DNA of 63,325 bases, the filler included, from Octopus bimaculoides (Eukaryota): the NCBI RefSeq assembly GCF_001194135.2. It is 4 parts of 3 records of this genome, joined end to end, with 100 filler letters (N's around TTAATTAATTAA, not from the genome) between each part and the next. Parts side by side here need not be neighbours in the genome. Positions count along the whole stretch, not along the records: positions 1 to 27,624 come from NC_068995.1; 3 more parts are not named here. One strand, written 5' to 3'. Made by a program: the position numbers and the translations under genes. How positions within the stretch are numbered: position 1 is the first letter of the stretch; each line of letters begins with the position of its first letter. Below the pieces are notes generated by a model. That model worked only from the letters and a program-made list of their open reading frames with translations, made no database searches and was not told the DNA's origin. Positions 1 to 12,504 of this stretch are shown here, one piece after another.

Positions 1-272
1 ATATATACATGCATATACATATATATCTATGCGTATACATATATAGATGCATATATATATGTACATTCATATATATATATACTTATACACATGCATATAT
101 ATAAACGTATACACATGCATATATATGCATAAATATACATATATAGTGACGTTTATAATGACTTTAGGTTGTTAAATTGCTAATAAGCCACTCATATTTA
201 TATATATAAATATGAGTTATATATAAATGAGATATATAATATGCATACATATATCTTTATACATACATATAC

Positions 273-315
<43 letters not shown>

Positions 316-480
316 CATGTTTATATACATGCATGCATATTTATATACATGCATACATATACGGACATATATATATATATATATACACACATATATATAT
401 CTATATACATGCATACATATATAAACATACATGCATATGCGCATGTATGTATACATATACACATGCTATACATGTATATT
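1..480. repeat. Compound (TA)n/(TATACA)n microsatellite
   Basis: Continuous TA/CA/TACA low-complexity sequence; explains the YI/MH-rich ORFs at 217-510. Confidence 0.95.
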
Positions 481-3400
481 AAAGGACACGAATCTTTGAA
501 GTGCCATTAGGCACTTAAGTTTTTCGTGTCTGTTCCGAGTCAGTGATGCCAACTTGAAATAAATGAAGGAATGATTTCCAACATGACGAATTTGGACTTA
601 ATCAGGACCCGAGATTTACTTGTAGAATGTGCAGTGGAGAAGTCGAATGACACTCTACCGTGGCATACATGCCTTTTTTTCGGCGACATTAGTGATTTTG
701 TTCTATGAGAAGTTTTAAAAAACGAGGGTGAAATGTTCATGAACAGAAATGAGAACATGTGTCGCTGACTTGATTCTCAGGCAACTTTAAATAATGAATT
801 AATATTTATTTCTTATTGTGATGGCCACGGATTTATATCGGAAGAGATGGTGAGCTGATGAGATTATGTGACATACATGCTTTTCACTTAGGATATTAGC
901 AACACAAAAGAGAAGCGTGAAATTGAATATGTTTATCATTCTTTCAAAGGGTCGATAAGGATTACCTCTCAAATATTGGGGTAGATTTTAATAAACCTAT
1001 GAAAAAAACCACGTTTTAAATGGAATTTATAGCCGAAAAGAACATGAAGAAAATAATGGCAACAGCTGAAAATATGGAGTGAATGAACGAAGAAGGAAGG
1101 AACGGAAGAATAAGAGTGAATTCAAGTAATTTGTTTTATTATTAAAGGAGAGATGATTATTTTTCAGCGAGCCTAGTCCGCGACCCGGTTTCGATTCCCT
1201 GTAGTAGCCATTTCCCTTCACAAACGTTGCTAATGTCCTGAAGAAGAAAAAGAAATATGTCACAATCTCATTTCTCTAGTCAAATTATAATGCATCTAAG
1301 GTATTGTATCCATGTAAGAAATACGTATTATTACTGTTATTATTTTTTTCTCATTATTATAATCAGCCTGTTGTATCCAGACTTCGAGAATATGCTTAAG
1401 TACCCAAACACCACCAGTTCTTCACCCCACAATAAAAATCTGTGGCCGTTTGTCTATGTTTGAAAGGATTATTGTTATTATTATGAATTATCATCATCAT
1501 CATCGTCATTATTATTATTATTATTTAAAAGAGGAGAGAAAACAAGTGTTTGACTTACATCAATCATTGCAGTGACGCGGGATGTTACACGTTTGTGTTC
1601 TGGGCTTTTGAATGAGAGTCCCATTAAAATTGGTCGTTGACAGTGAAAGAAAATAGAATTAACGTTAATAAAACTAATAATACTACTAATGATAATAAAA
1701 AATAATGGTGGTAATCAAATGTCTAGTGGTGGAGAGATTCAGGATCACAGTTCGGGTGACGGCTAAACCACTAAATGGAAGTTTCCCCCTTTGACTGTTT
1801 TCTCTATTTCTTTGGCTTTTTTCTTCTCCTCTTCCTCCACCTTCTTCTTTCATTCTACTCCTCCTTCTTCTCAAGTGCTACAGCTGATCTTGGCAGCTCA
1901 CGTTAGTAAGTTAATACATTCATATGACCCGATGATGCAACTCGGAGTAAAAGAGGGGGAGAGGTCAATGATAGCCAATCAGAATGCTCTATTTTTAGTG
2001 TGTTATTTCGTTGTTGTTTGTTTTTCCACCGTGATTAACAAAAGCGAAAACAGGAAGAAAAGAGAAATAAAAAGAAAGAGGAAGACAAGGACAAATAGAA
2101 TCGAGAAGAAAATGAAAAAAAAAAATGCAAAGGAGTAGGGAGAGAATGAAAAATAGTTGAGTGATGGCGAAGGAAAATATAAAAAGGACAAGAAAAATCC
2201 GAAACGAAACGAATGATAAGCGAGGTGTAAGAGGGAAAAAAAGAGGTGAATTTGGAAGATGGGGCGCAATGGGAAAAGAAAGCGAAAACAAGCAAATAAA
2301 AAAACGAAACGAAAGATTAATAGAAGTATGAGGGGAAAAGAATGAGAAAAACGAAAAGAAACATTAATAGAAGACAGAAAGAAAGGGCGGAGGATAAATG
2401 GAAAGAAGAATGTTTAGCAAAGGATTTCAAATTTGTTTAACTTAAAAAAATATTGGAGAAGAAAATACATCACAAAACAACATTCAACTAAATGTTTTCT
2501 CTTTATTTTCTGACAATAAGTTTATAGAATATATTTAAAACATTTTAAAATTATTGTACAACATAACTTTATAAGAAAACTATATATATTAATTTTAAAC
2601 ACATATATTGTTTTCAGGCTAAACAGCGTGTGTATGTATGTAAATATTTCTGGTTGTGTTATGAATGTATATATCTATTATTGAATGTAAGAGTTTGTTT
2701 CTGTGAATGTGCTAGTGTGTGTTTTGGGGAATATAAGTGGCGGAAGTGGGGAAGATAGTGCCCATTGACCCTTTACAGGGAGAGAGGTGTCCTCAAAGCA
2801 GTGACCTGACCCGAATGCTTGCAACAGAGTAGACTTTGCTAAGGCTACCCAAAGACCAGGTGGTGGTATTAATCGGGGCGATAGATGAAGTCTACCACTC
2901 AACATTGTGTGTAAGAGAGAGAGAGTTAGTTTATGAGCCTCGTTATTTAGTCCCATGTCAGCCCTGGTTGAGCAATCCTTTGATTAAAGGTGTTCCAGTT
3001 CTGACCATCTTCTGTTTTCCAGTTTTTTTAAAGATTATAAGGTGTTAGTCGAGCGAAATTTAGCTGCTATTTCTAGCAAGCCGAGCGCTTGTCAAGAGAA
3101 CCCATCTTCATTTGGGACTGTTGGATGTATGTATATGTGTGTGAGCCCATTGACAGATACATTTGCTTACAATAACAGTCAAACTATCATACACGCACAC
3201 TTGTTTCAGCAAGTGTGTGATGTAATAAAGTTCAACACAATAACTTGTACTTGCGTGTGTATGTATGTGTCTCTATTAGAATGGACGCGTGTGTGCGGTG
3301 ACGGCTGTTGCCGTTTGATTTTGGGAACTAGTCCAAAAATAAAATGTCATCATGCCCAATGTTCTGATTGGCTGAAAAATAGGTGTGCAGAAATACCGAA

Positions 3401-3700
3401 CGGTGATTGGTCGAGGAAAAGAGGTGTGTACGTGTCTTGCAATGTGTGTGCGCGCGTGTGTATGTGTGTCAACTTATTAGTCTTATGTATAACGTGCTGT
3501 ATCCAGGTAGCTTATTATGGAACTTAACGGCCCTTTACATCGCAGGTTCAAATCCAGAGACAGCATTACAACTCTTCATATAATAAAAAATTTCCAACAT
3601 AGATACTTTTACTTTATCGAATTGCCTTGGATAAGACTGATAGTGTTTCATTGCATAAGTGTATGTATATATGCATGAGTAATAATAACAATAATAATAA

Positions 3701-3840
3701 TTTCAAACTATGGTACAAGGCCAGCAATTTTTTAGGGGAAGGGGCAAGTCAATTACATCGACCCCTATGCTCAGCTTGTACTTATTTTATCGATCTCGAA
3801 AGGATGAAAGCAAAGTTGACCTCGGTGGAATTTGAGCTTA
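3701..3840 (-). mobile_element. SINE family A, 3' part
   Basis: Reverse complement of the body gagttcaaattcc..gaggtcgactttgcctttcatcctttc..gtcgataaaataagtacc..ttgctggccttgt seen in + copies at 42144 and 46726. Confidence 0.85.
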
Positions 3841-4250
3841 ATAATAATAAGAGTATATATATACTCCTTTACTGGTTTCAGTCAGACTTTGAACAGGCTA
3901 AGGCACTGCCTTGAAAGGAGTAGGCAATCATATATCAATTTCAGTACTTATTTCATTGTCTGGTACTTAATCTGTTCATCTCTTTTGCCAAACATGGATG
4001 TAAACTAACCAACACCGGTTGTCAATGTTGGATGGGATGCACAGGTACCTACACATATACGTATGTTTGTGAGTGGTGTGTGTGTGTGTGTTTGAGTGTA
4101 CAACAAGCTTCTTCACAGTTTCAGGCTATGAAATTTGCTAAAGTAAAAAACACAAATTCACGCTGTTGGACTGAAACTGAAACCACTTAGTTCAGAAGTG
4201 AGCCTTTTAAATACACAGCCATGCTTGTACCTATATATTATAATAATGAT

Positions 4251-4412
4251 GGTTTCAAATTTTGGCACAAGGCCAGCAATTTGAGGGGAAGGGTTAGGTC
4301 AATTATATTGACTTCCATGCTCAACTGGTACCTTTTGTATCGACCCCAAAAGAATGAAAGGCAAAGTTGACCCTAGCAGCATTTGAACTCATAATGTAAA
4401 GACAGAAGAAAT
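4251..4412 (-). mobile_element. SINE family A, 3' part
   Basis: Same body as 3701-3840 (ggtttcaaattttggcacaaggccagcaattt...tcgacccc..atgaaaggcaaagttgacc). Confidence 0.85.
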
Positions 4413-4489
4413 CAGATAAACAGTGATATTACAAGGAATTTACAATGGGAGGAATAAAAAGAGAGAGATGAAATAAAAAATATACGTAG

Positions 4490-5615
4490 TACACAAAATA
4501 TGTGAACACATGGATTATACAGAGCTTCAAATGCAAATTAACCTCCAGCTAGGACCAATCAAGGAACTCATTCGACAGATCCAATACTTCTCTGACCATC
4601 AAGGGCACAAGCTCTCCCCCAACTGTTGTCCACCTGTCTACAGGTGCATGCTTAGTGTAGTTCTATTGACTCTGACCATTTTTGCTGCAGTTATCCACTT
4701 CTGGATACATTTGCTGGGGGAGAGAGCCCTCCACCTTTACTTTCCTTTTCAAGTGGAACCAGAAAAAGTCAATGAGGGTTCGACTGAAGTGGAAAGTGTC
4801 TGCCTTCAATCTTTTAACATTGTCCACCACACAACCTCTTGCTACAACCACTATTTAGAGGAACACTGTCTGCTCTACCTTGTTAAAGGCAGGAGGCAGG
4901 GCAATCCTCACAGTGGACTCAGTTTATAGTCTGGTTTGTCTCCAGAACTTAGCAATGCATGAATGTATGCAATACAATTTCATAGTTTTGAATATTTCTG
5001 TACCTCTAGAGTTCATTCTTGCACTGGTAGTACTCCTTCATTGGCACTGCCAGGCCAAAGACTTTTGGAAGTAACCCACAGACCCTGCCTGAAATTCTTT
5101 TAAAACAGACTACTTAGTTCATTTTTATTGACATCTGAACTTTCCCTGAGAACATCATTGCCCTTACCCACTGCAAGTTCTCTGTAACAAAAGTGTAACT
5201 TCTACTGGTGTGTCTGACAGCATTCTATGTGACATGCACTCAATCTTGGTATTTTTTTTTTCACAGGACTGCAGCTCCATCAACCAGATGAGCTGTAGGA
5301 AACTGTATCTTAGAAATGAAGACCACACTTGTTCATTGTCCAGGAAAATCTGCAGGTGGCACAGCTTCAGTGCAGATCTACACATCATTAGTCATGGCAT
5401 ACAAAGCCTGCATTCAGGAAGGCACTAGCAACAGATGGACCCCTGAATAGTGAAATGCATCCCTTTGACAGGAAGCAGAAAAGCAGATACCCCAACTCTG
5501 CAAAACTGGCATTTGGGGCAAGACACAACAGTCAGGTGGTGAGTTATGACAGAAGTGACATAGGCATTCATCACCTCTGCTTAATCTTTCAATGATAGCT
5601 TTCACTCATTCCATA
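4490..5615 (-). mobile_element. L1/Tx1-clade LINE, 3' end of ORF2 plus 3' UTR (pseudogenised)
   Basis: Minus-strand frames stitched across stops and frameshifts give AEVMNAYVTSVITHHLTVVSCP, FLDNEQVWS, FQKSLAWQC, FWFHLKRKVKVE and LSPSKCIQKWITAAKMVRVNRTTLSMHL* (stop at 4638-4640), which resemble the post-RT C-terminus of L1/Tx1 ORF2. Confidence 0.75.
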
Positions 5616-6189
5616 GAAATAGCATGATATGTAAGTAGTGATGATGGTTGTCTGTGACTGTTTGGTGGATAGAATATCAAAGTAGAGTCATGAGAAGCCA
5701 CAGTAAATAACAAAAAAGAAAAACAAGGAGGAAGAGTACAAAGTCAACATAATTATGTTTTGAGGTAGGAACAGGGAGGGGGTGAGGGAGAATTCGATAT
5801 TTTGGACTTTGTGTGTTTTGTTATAAACAGAGGACAGAGACAAGACAAATAATATTGAGAAAACCAAATTGATTACAGTGAGGTAGCATGGTGCAAGGTT
5901 GAATGGTGGTTTGTAGCAAGAAGAGTGAGAGCTAAGGGAGATAAGCATGGGAAGGTGTAATGTAGTGTGATCATGTTGTGTGAATATGTGCATGTGGTGC
6001 ATTACTATAAGGATGGTATGAACAGAATGCAAAAGTGTGGATGGGTAATGTCTGTGTGTGGAGAGATGACGATATTAATATAAGGGATAGTGTTTTTATA
6101 GGAAAGCAATATGGAATAATAATCCTGTTGATAAATTAGATGTTCATAATGCAATTCATTTTTGTATAATGCTATGGTATTTTCCACTT

Positions 6190-6505
6190 GTGGGGAGTAC
6201 CATAGTGTCACGAATAACCATGGGATTGCACTTAGAAAGTTTCCCTCTTAAGCATAAGTCTGGGCAAGGTTGTTTCTGGAAGATCAGCAGTCACCCATGC
6301 ATATCAGCCTCCCTTCTCCATGCCACTGATGTTGTCCAAGGGATAGGTAAAGGCCAATACAGCTTGGCACCAGTGACATTGCAACTTATTTCTACAGCTG
6401 AGTAAACTTGAGCAACATGAAATAAAGTGTCTTGTTCAAGAACATAACAGATAGCCCAGTCCAAGAATCAAACTCACAATCACAGTTTAACCACTGAGCT
6501 ATGCA
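6190..6505 (-). mobile_element. SINE family D
   Basis: Reverse-complement match to the + copy at 37916-38225 (gttcttgaacaagacactttatttca, ggtgccaagctgta, aacaaccttgccc). Confidence 0.85.
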
Positions 6506-6644
6506 CTGTCATACAGATTGTTGTATAAGTTGTATAATGCTGTAAACAACAAAGTGCGAGTACATGTAATAATGTAATGTTCAGAACTGATGTGATAAGC
6601 TACTGGCCTGGGTGATCCAGTATTGTATCGGATGCTCAATATAA

Positions 6645-6968
6645 CTGACACTCTGTCAGTTAGGACAATGAGGGTTCCAGTTGGTCCAATCAACAGAACA
6701 GCCTGCTCATGAAATTAATGTGCATGTGGCTGAGCACTCTACAGACATGTATACCCTTAATGTAGTTCTGAGGGATATTCAGTATGACACAGAGTTTGAC
6801 AAGGCTGGTCCTTTGAAAAACAGGTACTACTCATTTTTGCCAGCTGAGTGGAGTGGAGCAATGTGAAATAAAGCGTCTTGCTCAAGGACACAATGTGTTT
6901 CTGGAAATTGAACTCATGACCTTACAAAGGTGAGGTGAATGCCCTAATCACTAAGCTATGCACCTTCA
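6645..6968 (-). mobile_element. SINE family E (D-like head, C-like 3' domain)
   Basis: Minus strand has ttgtgtccttgagcaagacgctttatttcac as in family D, then tttcaaaggaccagccttgtc...gagtgctcagccac...gagcaggctgtt...aactggaaccctc as in family C at 44635-44800. Confidence 0.8.
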
Positions 6969-7737
6969 GATGTTCAATAGTTATCCTCTAAAAGGATCAG
7001 CCTTCAGCTGAGATGACATTTGGGGGAATAGATGGTGTTGTTGAAGGTACAGTTGAAACAATGACATAGGAAAGTATAGACTAAAGTGTTACAATGAGAG
7101 TAGGAGATAGGATCCAGGATAGTTACTTGGGTTGCTGTTGGGTTTAAAGGGAGAGAGAATTCAGGAAAGATGTAGAACATTGTGAATTAGATTGGAAATG
7201 ATGAATTTGTGAGGGACTGTGTTTGGAAAGAGGTAAAATGGGGGAGAAGAGAAGGCAATAAGTGAGAGAACATGGGACAGGAAGGTAGATGTATGGTTGC
7301 TAATGGGAGGTGGTGAGATTGCATCAAAAGTGAGAATGTTGATGAAGGTGGAGGCTGATGAAGGGGAATTGTATGTAGAGGGTAGAAGATTTGATGTGAA
7401 TGGAGTGGGATGAGGTGAAGTTATAGTAGAAGTAGGGGTTGGTGGGTTTGTAAAAGATAGAATTAAAGGCACAAAATAGGAAGTTAGCAGGAGTAGCTGA
7501 GATAGTGGGTGTGAATTCTAAGGCAGTTAAAGAGAAAGTGCCTGCTGAAAGTGAAGTGCCTGATATAGTCAAACCAACAATGTTTTCTCACATAACATTT
7601 TTCTCTCTTCTAAGTGCTCCCTTTTTGACAAACGACAAATGTCCAAACACTGAATTCTACATCCCCTTGCTTTCTCACAGCATAATTACATTGACTTTGG
7701 ACTCTTGTTCTTGTTGTTTTGTCTTGCTCTCCTTTAA

Positions 7738-10218
7738 CCCTTGGTCTACCAGAGAAAATGTATGTCATTAATTACCAACTGGGTCCAATGGACCCAATAT
7801 TTTTCTTTTAATTAAATTTTATTCAAACTACCATTATTTTTATAGCTACATTATATATGCTATCAGATGAATGAAGAATTACTGTTTCTCACTAATTTTG
7901 ATAAAAAAAAGTACAGCTTACAGAATATATTATAAATTTTAAAAATTACAAAAATACAGAATTACAGCTCTTCATGGCAGTGAATGCAGACAACATTAGA
8001 ATGTTCTTGGCAAATATGGATATTACAATTCTTGCATGTAGTCTGAATTTTCCTGTCTTTTTTGGGGTCACACAAAAAACATCTTCCTTTTTTCTTTGGC
8101 TGAGGAATCTCAACTGAGGTTGATCGTCTTCTTTTCTTGTTTGATTGAGAAATGTTAGCAGAACTAGAAGATTGTTTGTCATGTTCTTGTTAAGCATTAA
8201 CTCCTGCAAGTTCCTTTCTTAACTGAATTAGGCACTCTCTTCTTTTATCCTTGAAACTTTGCTGTTTAGCAACAATGAAAGCATTCACTGCACTTATATC
8301 AATCATGTTGTAGAATATAACCATAGGCCATCTTTGAGTCATTCTTTTGCATGTGTTGTCCTTTCCATCGTATCTAGGGTATCTACTCCTCCTTCTGTTT
8401 TGTTGTAACATGTAATAACTTCAGGTTTCTTCTCAGTACTTTTTGAATCAATTGAAGGCTGAGAGTGCATTGTACTCATAAGCGTGACTACATAATTTTT
8501 CTTGGGACAATAAGATAAGATCATAGGATCCTTTCGAAATCCAAATATTGTGCTGTTGATTTCTCTTTCTTTTCTATTTATGAAAGCACTTGGAAGTTCA
8601 ACTCTGTTCTTTCTAATTGTTCCAGCTAAAGTAGTTTTCTTGCTAAGTAGCTTCCGAACCAATCCTAGACTTGTAAAAAAATTATCACAAGTTATATTGC
8701 GACCAGTATTTTCAAGTTCTTTTACTAGGCCTTCAACAACTCTTGAACCTTGATTTGTCTCTCCATTTTACTGGGTCTTTTCCAGTGTAGATTTTCATTT
8801 CCCAGGCATAAGATGTTTCACTGTTGCATATTGTTCAAATTTTAATTCCATATTTCCCTGGTTTGGAAGGAATATATACCCGGAATGGACAGCACCCTCT
8901 GAATGAAACTAATTGTTCAACTGTCATGTATGAACTTGCAACATATCCATCTTGCAAATTCTGATTCCACATTTCAAATACTTCTCTTATGGGCTCCAAT
9001 TTGTCATCACTTCTCTTTTTTTCTTCTTGCACTAGCATCATCAAAATGCAATACTTGTAAAATCTGTTGAAATCTTCCCTGGTTCATAATTTTGTTGAAT
9101 ATTGGGCAGCCATCTTCTTGACTCCATAACTGTGTGACATTTTTATGTTTAGATTTATAAACACCTATAAGAATAATCAGTCCAACAAATTTCTTTAGTT
9201 CGGAGTGATCAATTTCCTTCCATTTATCTTTGTAAACAACCTGACCTTCAGCATTTGTCCATTCACGAATTACTTCAAGAAGATTCTGGTGCATAAATAT
9301 TGTAAAACATGTTTCAATGCTATCGCAAGACCTTTTAGCAAAACAGGATGTTCCACATTCTTGGTGCATAATATTGCAAGATGAAGTTCTTACTGCTGCT
9401 TGAGTAAGAGGATTGGAATGCCAAACTTCTTGTCTGTCTCTAGAAACATATTGCACATTCATAATTGGGTGGCTTGCAGATAATTATTTTTGAGTATCTT
9501 CATCATCTGATGACACAGAACCAAAACTGTCCAGCACACAATCATTTTCACCATCATCTTCAGAACAATAGAAGGAATCACTACTATCTTCTTCCCATTC
9601 TTCATTTAATTCCAATAACCTTTTTGATATTTGGTCTTCACTCAAGTTTTCATGTTTAGACATATTGGAAAGCATTACTGAACTATACGGAGCTTGATGA
9701 CAGACTAAAGGCAGATATTGCTCTCTCATATATTTACACTCTCCTGAAAGTTGATGCTATATACTGTAAGAATTGCATCATCACATATGCATCATCACAG
9801 AAATATTGCATCACCCTATAGCAGGTTGAAGGTGATGCAACACCACACAAATTTACAGGAATATTTTCATGATTTTCCCCATTTTATCTAAAATTCAGCA
9901 AATAAATTGAATACAGTTTTATCTATTTTATACTTGATAAATATCTAGGAAAATGATATTTTGTTCTGTTTAGAATGACAAGAGTATTGTCTGAATCTAA
10001 TTCGAGGATCCAATGGACCCATTATGGTAATTATTTTATAAAATGAAATTTTCTAGCTTTGATAAACATACGGAAAATTTCCCGTTTGACAAATAAAAGA
10101 GAGTTAAGAAAAAATAAGAGTCACGAGAAATCAGCAGAATCAAATAATATAAACAGGAGGAAAAAAGCAACTGAAAAAAACTGAAAGGGGTCCATTGGAG
10201 CTGTTGGTCGACAGAAGG
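7738..10218 (-). mobile_element. piggyBac DNA transposon, full length, inactive
   Basis: TTAA at 7734-7737 and 10219-10222. Degenerate TIRs: left ccctTggtctacca versus right reverse complement ccttctgtcgacca. Internal transposase pseudogene. Confidence 0.9.
7962..9663 (-). pseudogene. piggyBac (PGBD4-like) transposase with frameshifts and stops
   Basis: Acidic N-terminus MSKHENLSEDQI; FVGLIILIGVYKS; MTV-EQLVSFRGCCPFRVYIPSKPGKYGIKI; CDNFFTS; GTIRKNRVELP; YNKTEGGVDTLD; RWPMVIFYNMIDISAVNAF; C-terminal cysteine-rich domain CFLC..CKNC..IC.EH..VCIHC. Confidence 0.93.
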
Positions 10219-10229
10219 TTAATCTCCAT

Positions 10230-10239
10230 GTGTGTATAA

Positions 10240-10275
<36 letters not shown>

Positions 10276-11100
10276 TGTATGTATGTATGTATGTATGTAT
10301 GTATGTATGTGTGTATGTATGTATGCATGCATTTGTGTATGTGTGTATATGTATGTATGCATGCATGTATGTATGTATGTATGCATGTATGTATGTATGT
10401 ATGTATGTATGTGTGTATGTGTGTGTGTGTGTGTGTATGTATATGAGTGTGTTGACTTTCTACCTCTTGTTCATACAGGTTGTTGTTTAGTTTTGTGCTT
10501 CTCATAACTCAACCATAATACAGATATATATATATATACTTCGTTTTTTAATTTGGTTTGCAAGATTCTTTATGTGAATTCGTGTGTTGAAGCATACTTT
10601 ATTGTCTGGGGAGAGTCATTCTCTTTTAGTTCCTTATTACTTAACATACACACCACTTCGATTTCCACTCATTTACTTATTTATTTTTTCTAAAATTTTC
10701 ATGTATATGCATGTATGTGTATGCATATATATATATATATGTATGCATGTGCGTAGATTTGTATGTATGTATTCTGCATATTCGTGTGTGTGTGTGTGTG
10801 TGTATTTATGTGTGTGTTTGTGTGTGTACCTCTATCTCTTTGTGTGTGCATGTTTGAGTGTGTCTATGTGTATGAGTTTGTGTGACTATGTACGTGCGTC
10901 TGTTATGCATGGATGTGCGTCTCCATATGTGTCCTTGTGTGTGTGTATGTATATGGTCATGTGGTTCAGTCTTCATTTGTGTATGTACATGTGTGTGTGT
11001 GTGCTTGTTTGTCCGTATTACCTATGTACTTATCTATCAGTTTATTTGTTTACTTACATATCCATTTACCTACACACACACACACACATATATACGTGTA
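10230..11100. repeat. (TATG)n and (TG)n microsatellite block
   Basis: Direct inspection; source of the MYVC/HTYI ORFs. Confidence 0.9.
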
Positions 11101-11104
11101 CATA

Positions 11105-11890
11105 AAAGCCTACTAACAACTCTATCTGTGTATTGACTGTGGGTATTGGGGTATGACTACCTTCTGTGTATATTTCCTATTCAGTACTGGGGATGTTTCA
11201 TTTATGAGGACATACTCCTGTATTATTCTGAGTGTTGGGTCATTCGGGTGCTTGGATAAAATGCAGATATCAAGTTGTCCCGGTGTGCCTCCATGTTGGT
11301 CTTTGGCATGTTGGAAGAGTATGGAGGACTTTTTTGTCACCATATTGTCTCAAATGTACATTTAGTCTCTCCACAATGCTTCTAGATGTCTCACTTATGT
11401 ATATCATGTTCTTGTCTTTACAAGCAACCTCTATGCAGCTTATGCTGTAGGCTACATTTCTAGTTCTACAGTTAATGCCAGGGTTAATCTTACTGCCATG
11501 CAGTTAACATTGGTGCATGTGGTATTCTCAAAGGGGTACGTCCTGCACAGTTGTGATCTGTTGGAGCTCGCTAGCTTTTCAACGATCTTAATGTTGAGTT
11601 TGGCCTCCTTTAGAACTTTCCTAAATCTTTGGGCTAGTTCTCCATGCGCTGTGGCCTCTACAAACATTACTTCTTGATATTTGTCAGATTTGTACCACAT
11701 GCTCACCCTGTTTGCTTTGTCACAAAGTCTTGGTATCTTCTTCTAGTCTTTACTTCTATATCTAGGGCAGGTACCTTTGGTTTCATAACATATAATGTCT
11801 TTTTAGTTCCCCTGTATACCTGAACGCTATTTCTCTGATCATATCCAAAGAATTGCATGTGGTGCATGAAGTTCTGTGCATGTTTCTTTG
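11105..11890 (-). mobile_element. Penelope-like retroelement, C-terminal GIY-YIG endonuclease region (degenerate)
   Basis: Minus strand: WYKSDKYQEVMFVEATAHGELAQRF..., RNVAYSISCIEVACKDKNMIYISETSRSIVERLNVH (GIY-YIG with YIGET changed to YISET), and SILFQHAKDQH...LRIIQEYVLINETSPVLNRK. Confidence 0.8.
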
Positions 11891-12325
11891 TTTCATAAGG
11901 TTTGATATATATATATATAACATATATGTGTTGACAAAAGTCAATCAAAAGTGCACATGGTGAATAATTAGGCTGAATGTAACAGATGTCAATATGGATT
12001 TGCAAATAAGCATAAACAACACAATAAAAAAAACAGGAGCAAATAAACTACATAGACAGCTGAAATACACATTCTCTCTCTTTAACACACACACTGCAAT
12101 ACCTGTTACACTTATGTGTATATAAAGTCATTGAAATCATATGCAAGCTGATGACTAAAGACCATGGTGACTTTTCATTTTATATAATGCGTGTGTGTAA
12201 TATAATTGTTGCTGAATTAGCCAGTAAACAACTATATGAATCCATACATATATATTTATATGCATTCATGCATACATGCACACCTACTTACTTACCTACC
12301 TACCAACATATATGCATATGTGTGT

Positions 12326-12377
<52 letters not shown>

Positions 12378-12504
12378 TTTGCTAGGTCTCAGCGTAGATT
12401 TTCTTTTCCTCTTTGGCCCTGAGGACTTCAGGATCTGGTGAATGCAATAATTTAGTCAGCAGTAATACTTGTATAATTAAGTGCAAGTGTTCTCTGCCTT
12501 CAGG

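Noticed and set aside
500-1010. Coding-looking sequence after the first microsatellite
   Set aside because: Multiple stops in the frames examined and no motif I recognise.
1160-1250. tRNA-like ggtttcgattccc and a nearby ctgaaga
   Set aside because: Only a B-box/T-arm remnant with no cloverleaf, so a SINE-head fragment at best. The ctgaaga has no helix II or following GAAA.
4510-4929. 139-aa + strand ORF with a hydrophobic segment
   Set aside because: It is the antisense frame of the L1/Tx1 remnant.
7000-7500. Purine-rich stretch possibly from a Penelope RT (minus-strand FYLFP and FNCTFNN-like motifs)
   Set aside because: Similarity is too weak to support by eye; a profile HMM search is needed.
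10104-10107. TTAA at 10104 as the piggyBac right end
   Set aside because: The terminus at 10205-10222 matches the left TIR much better.
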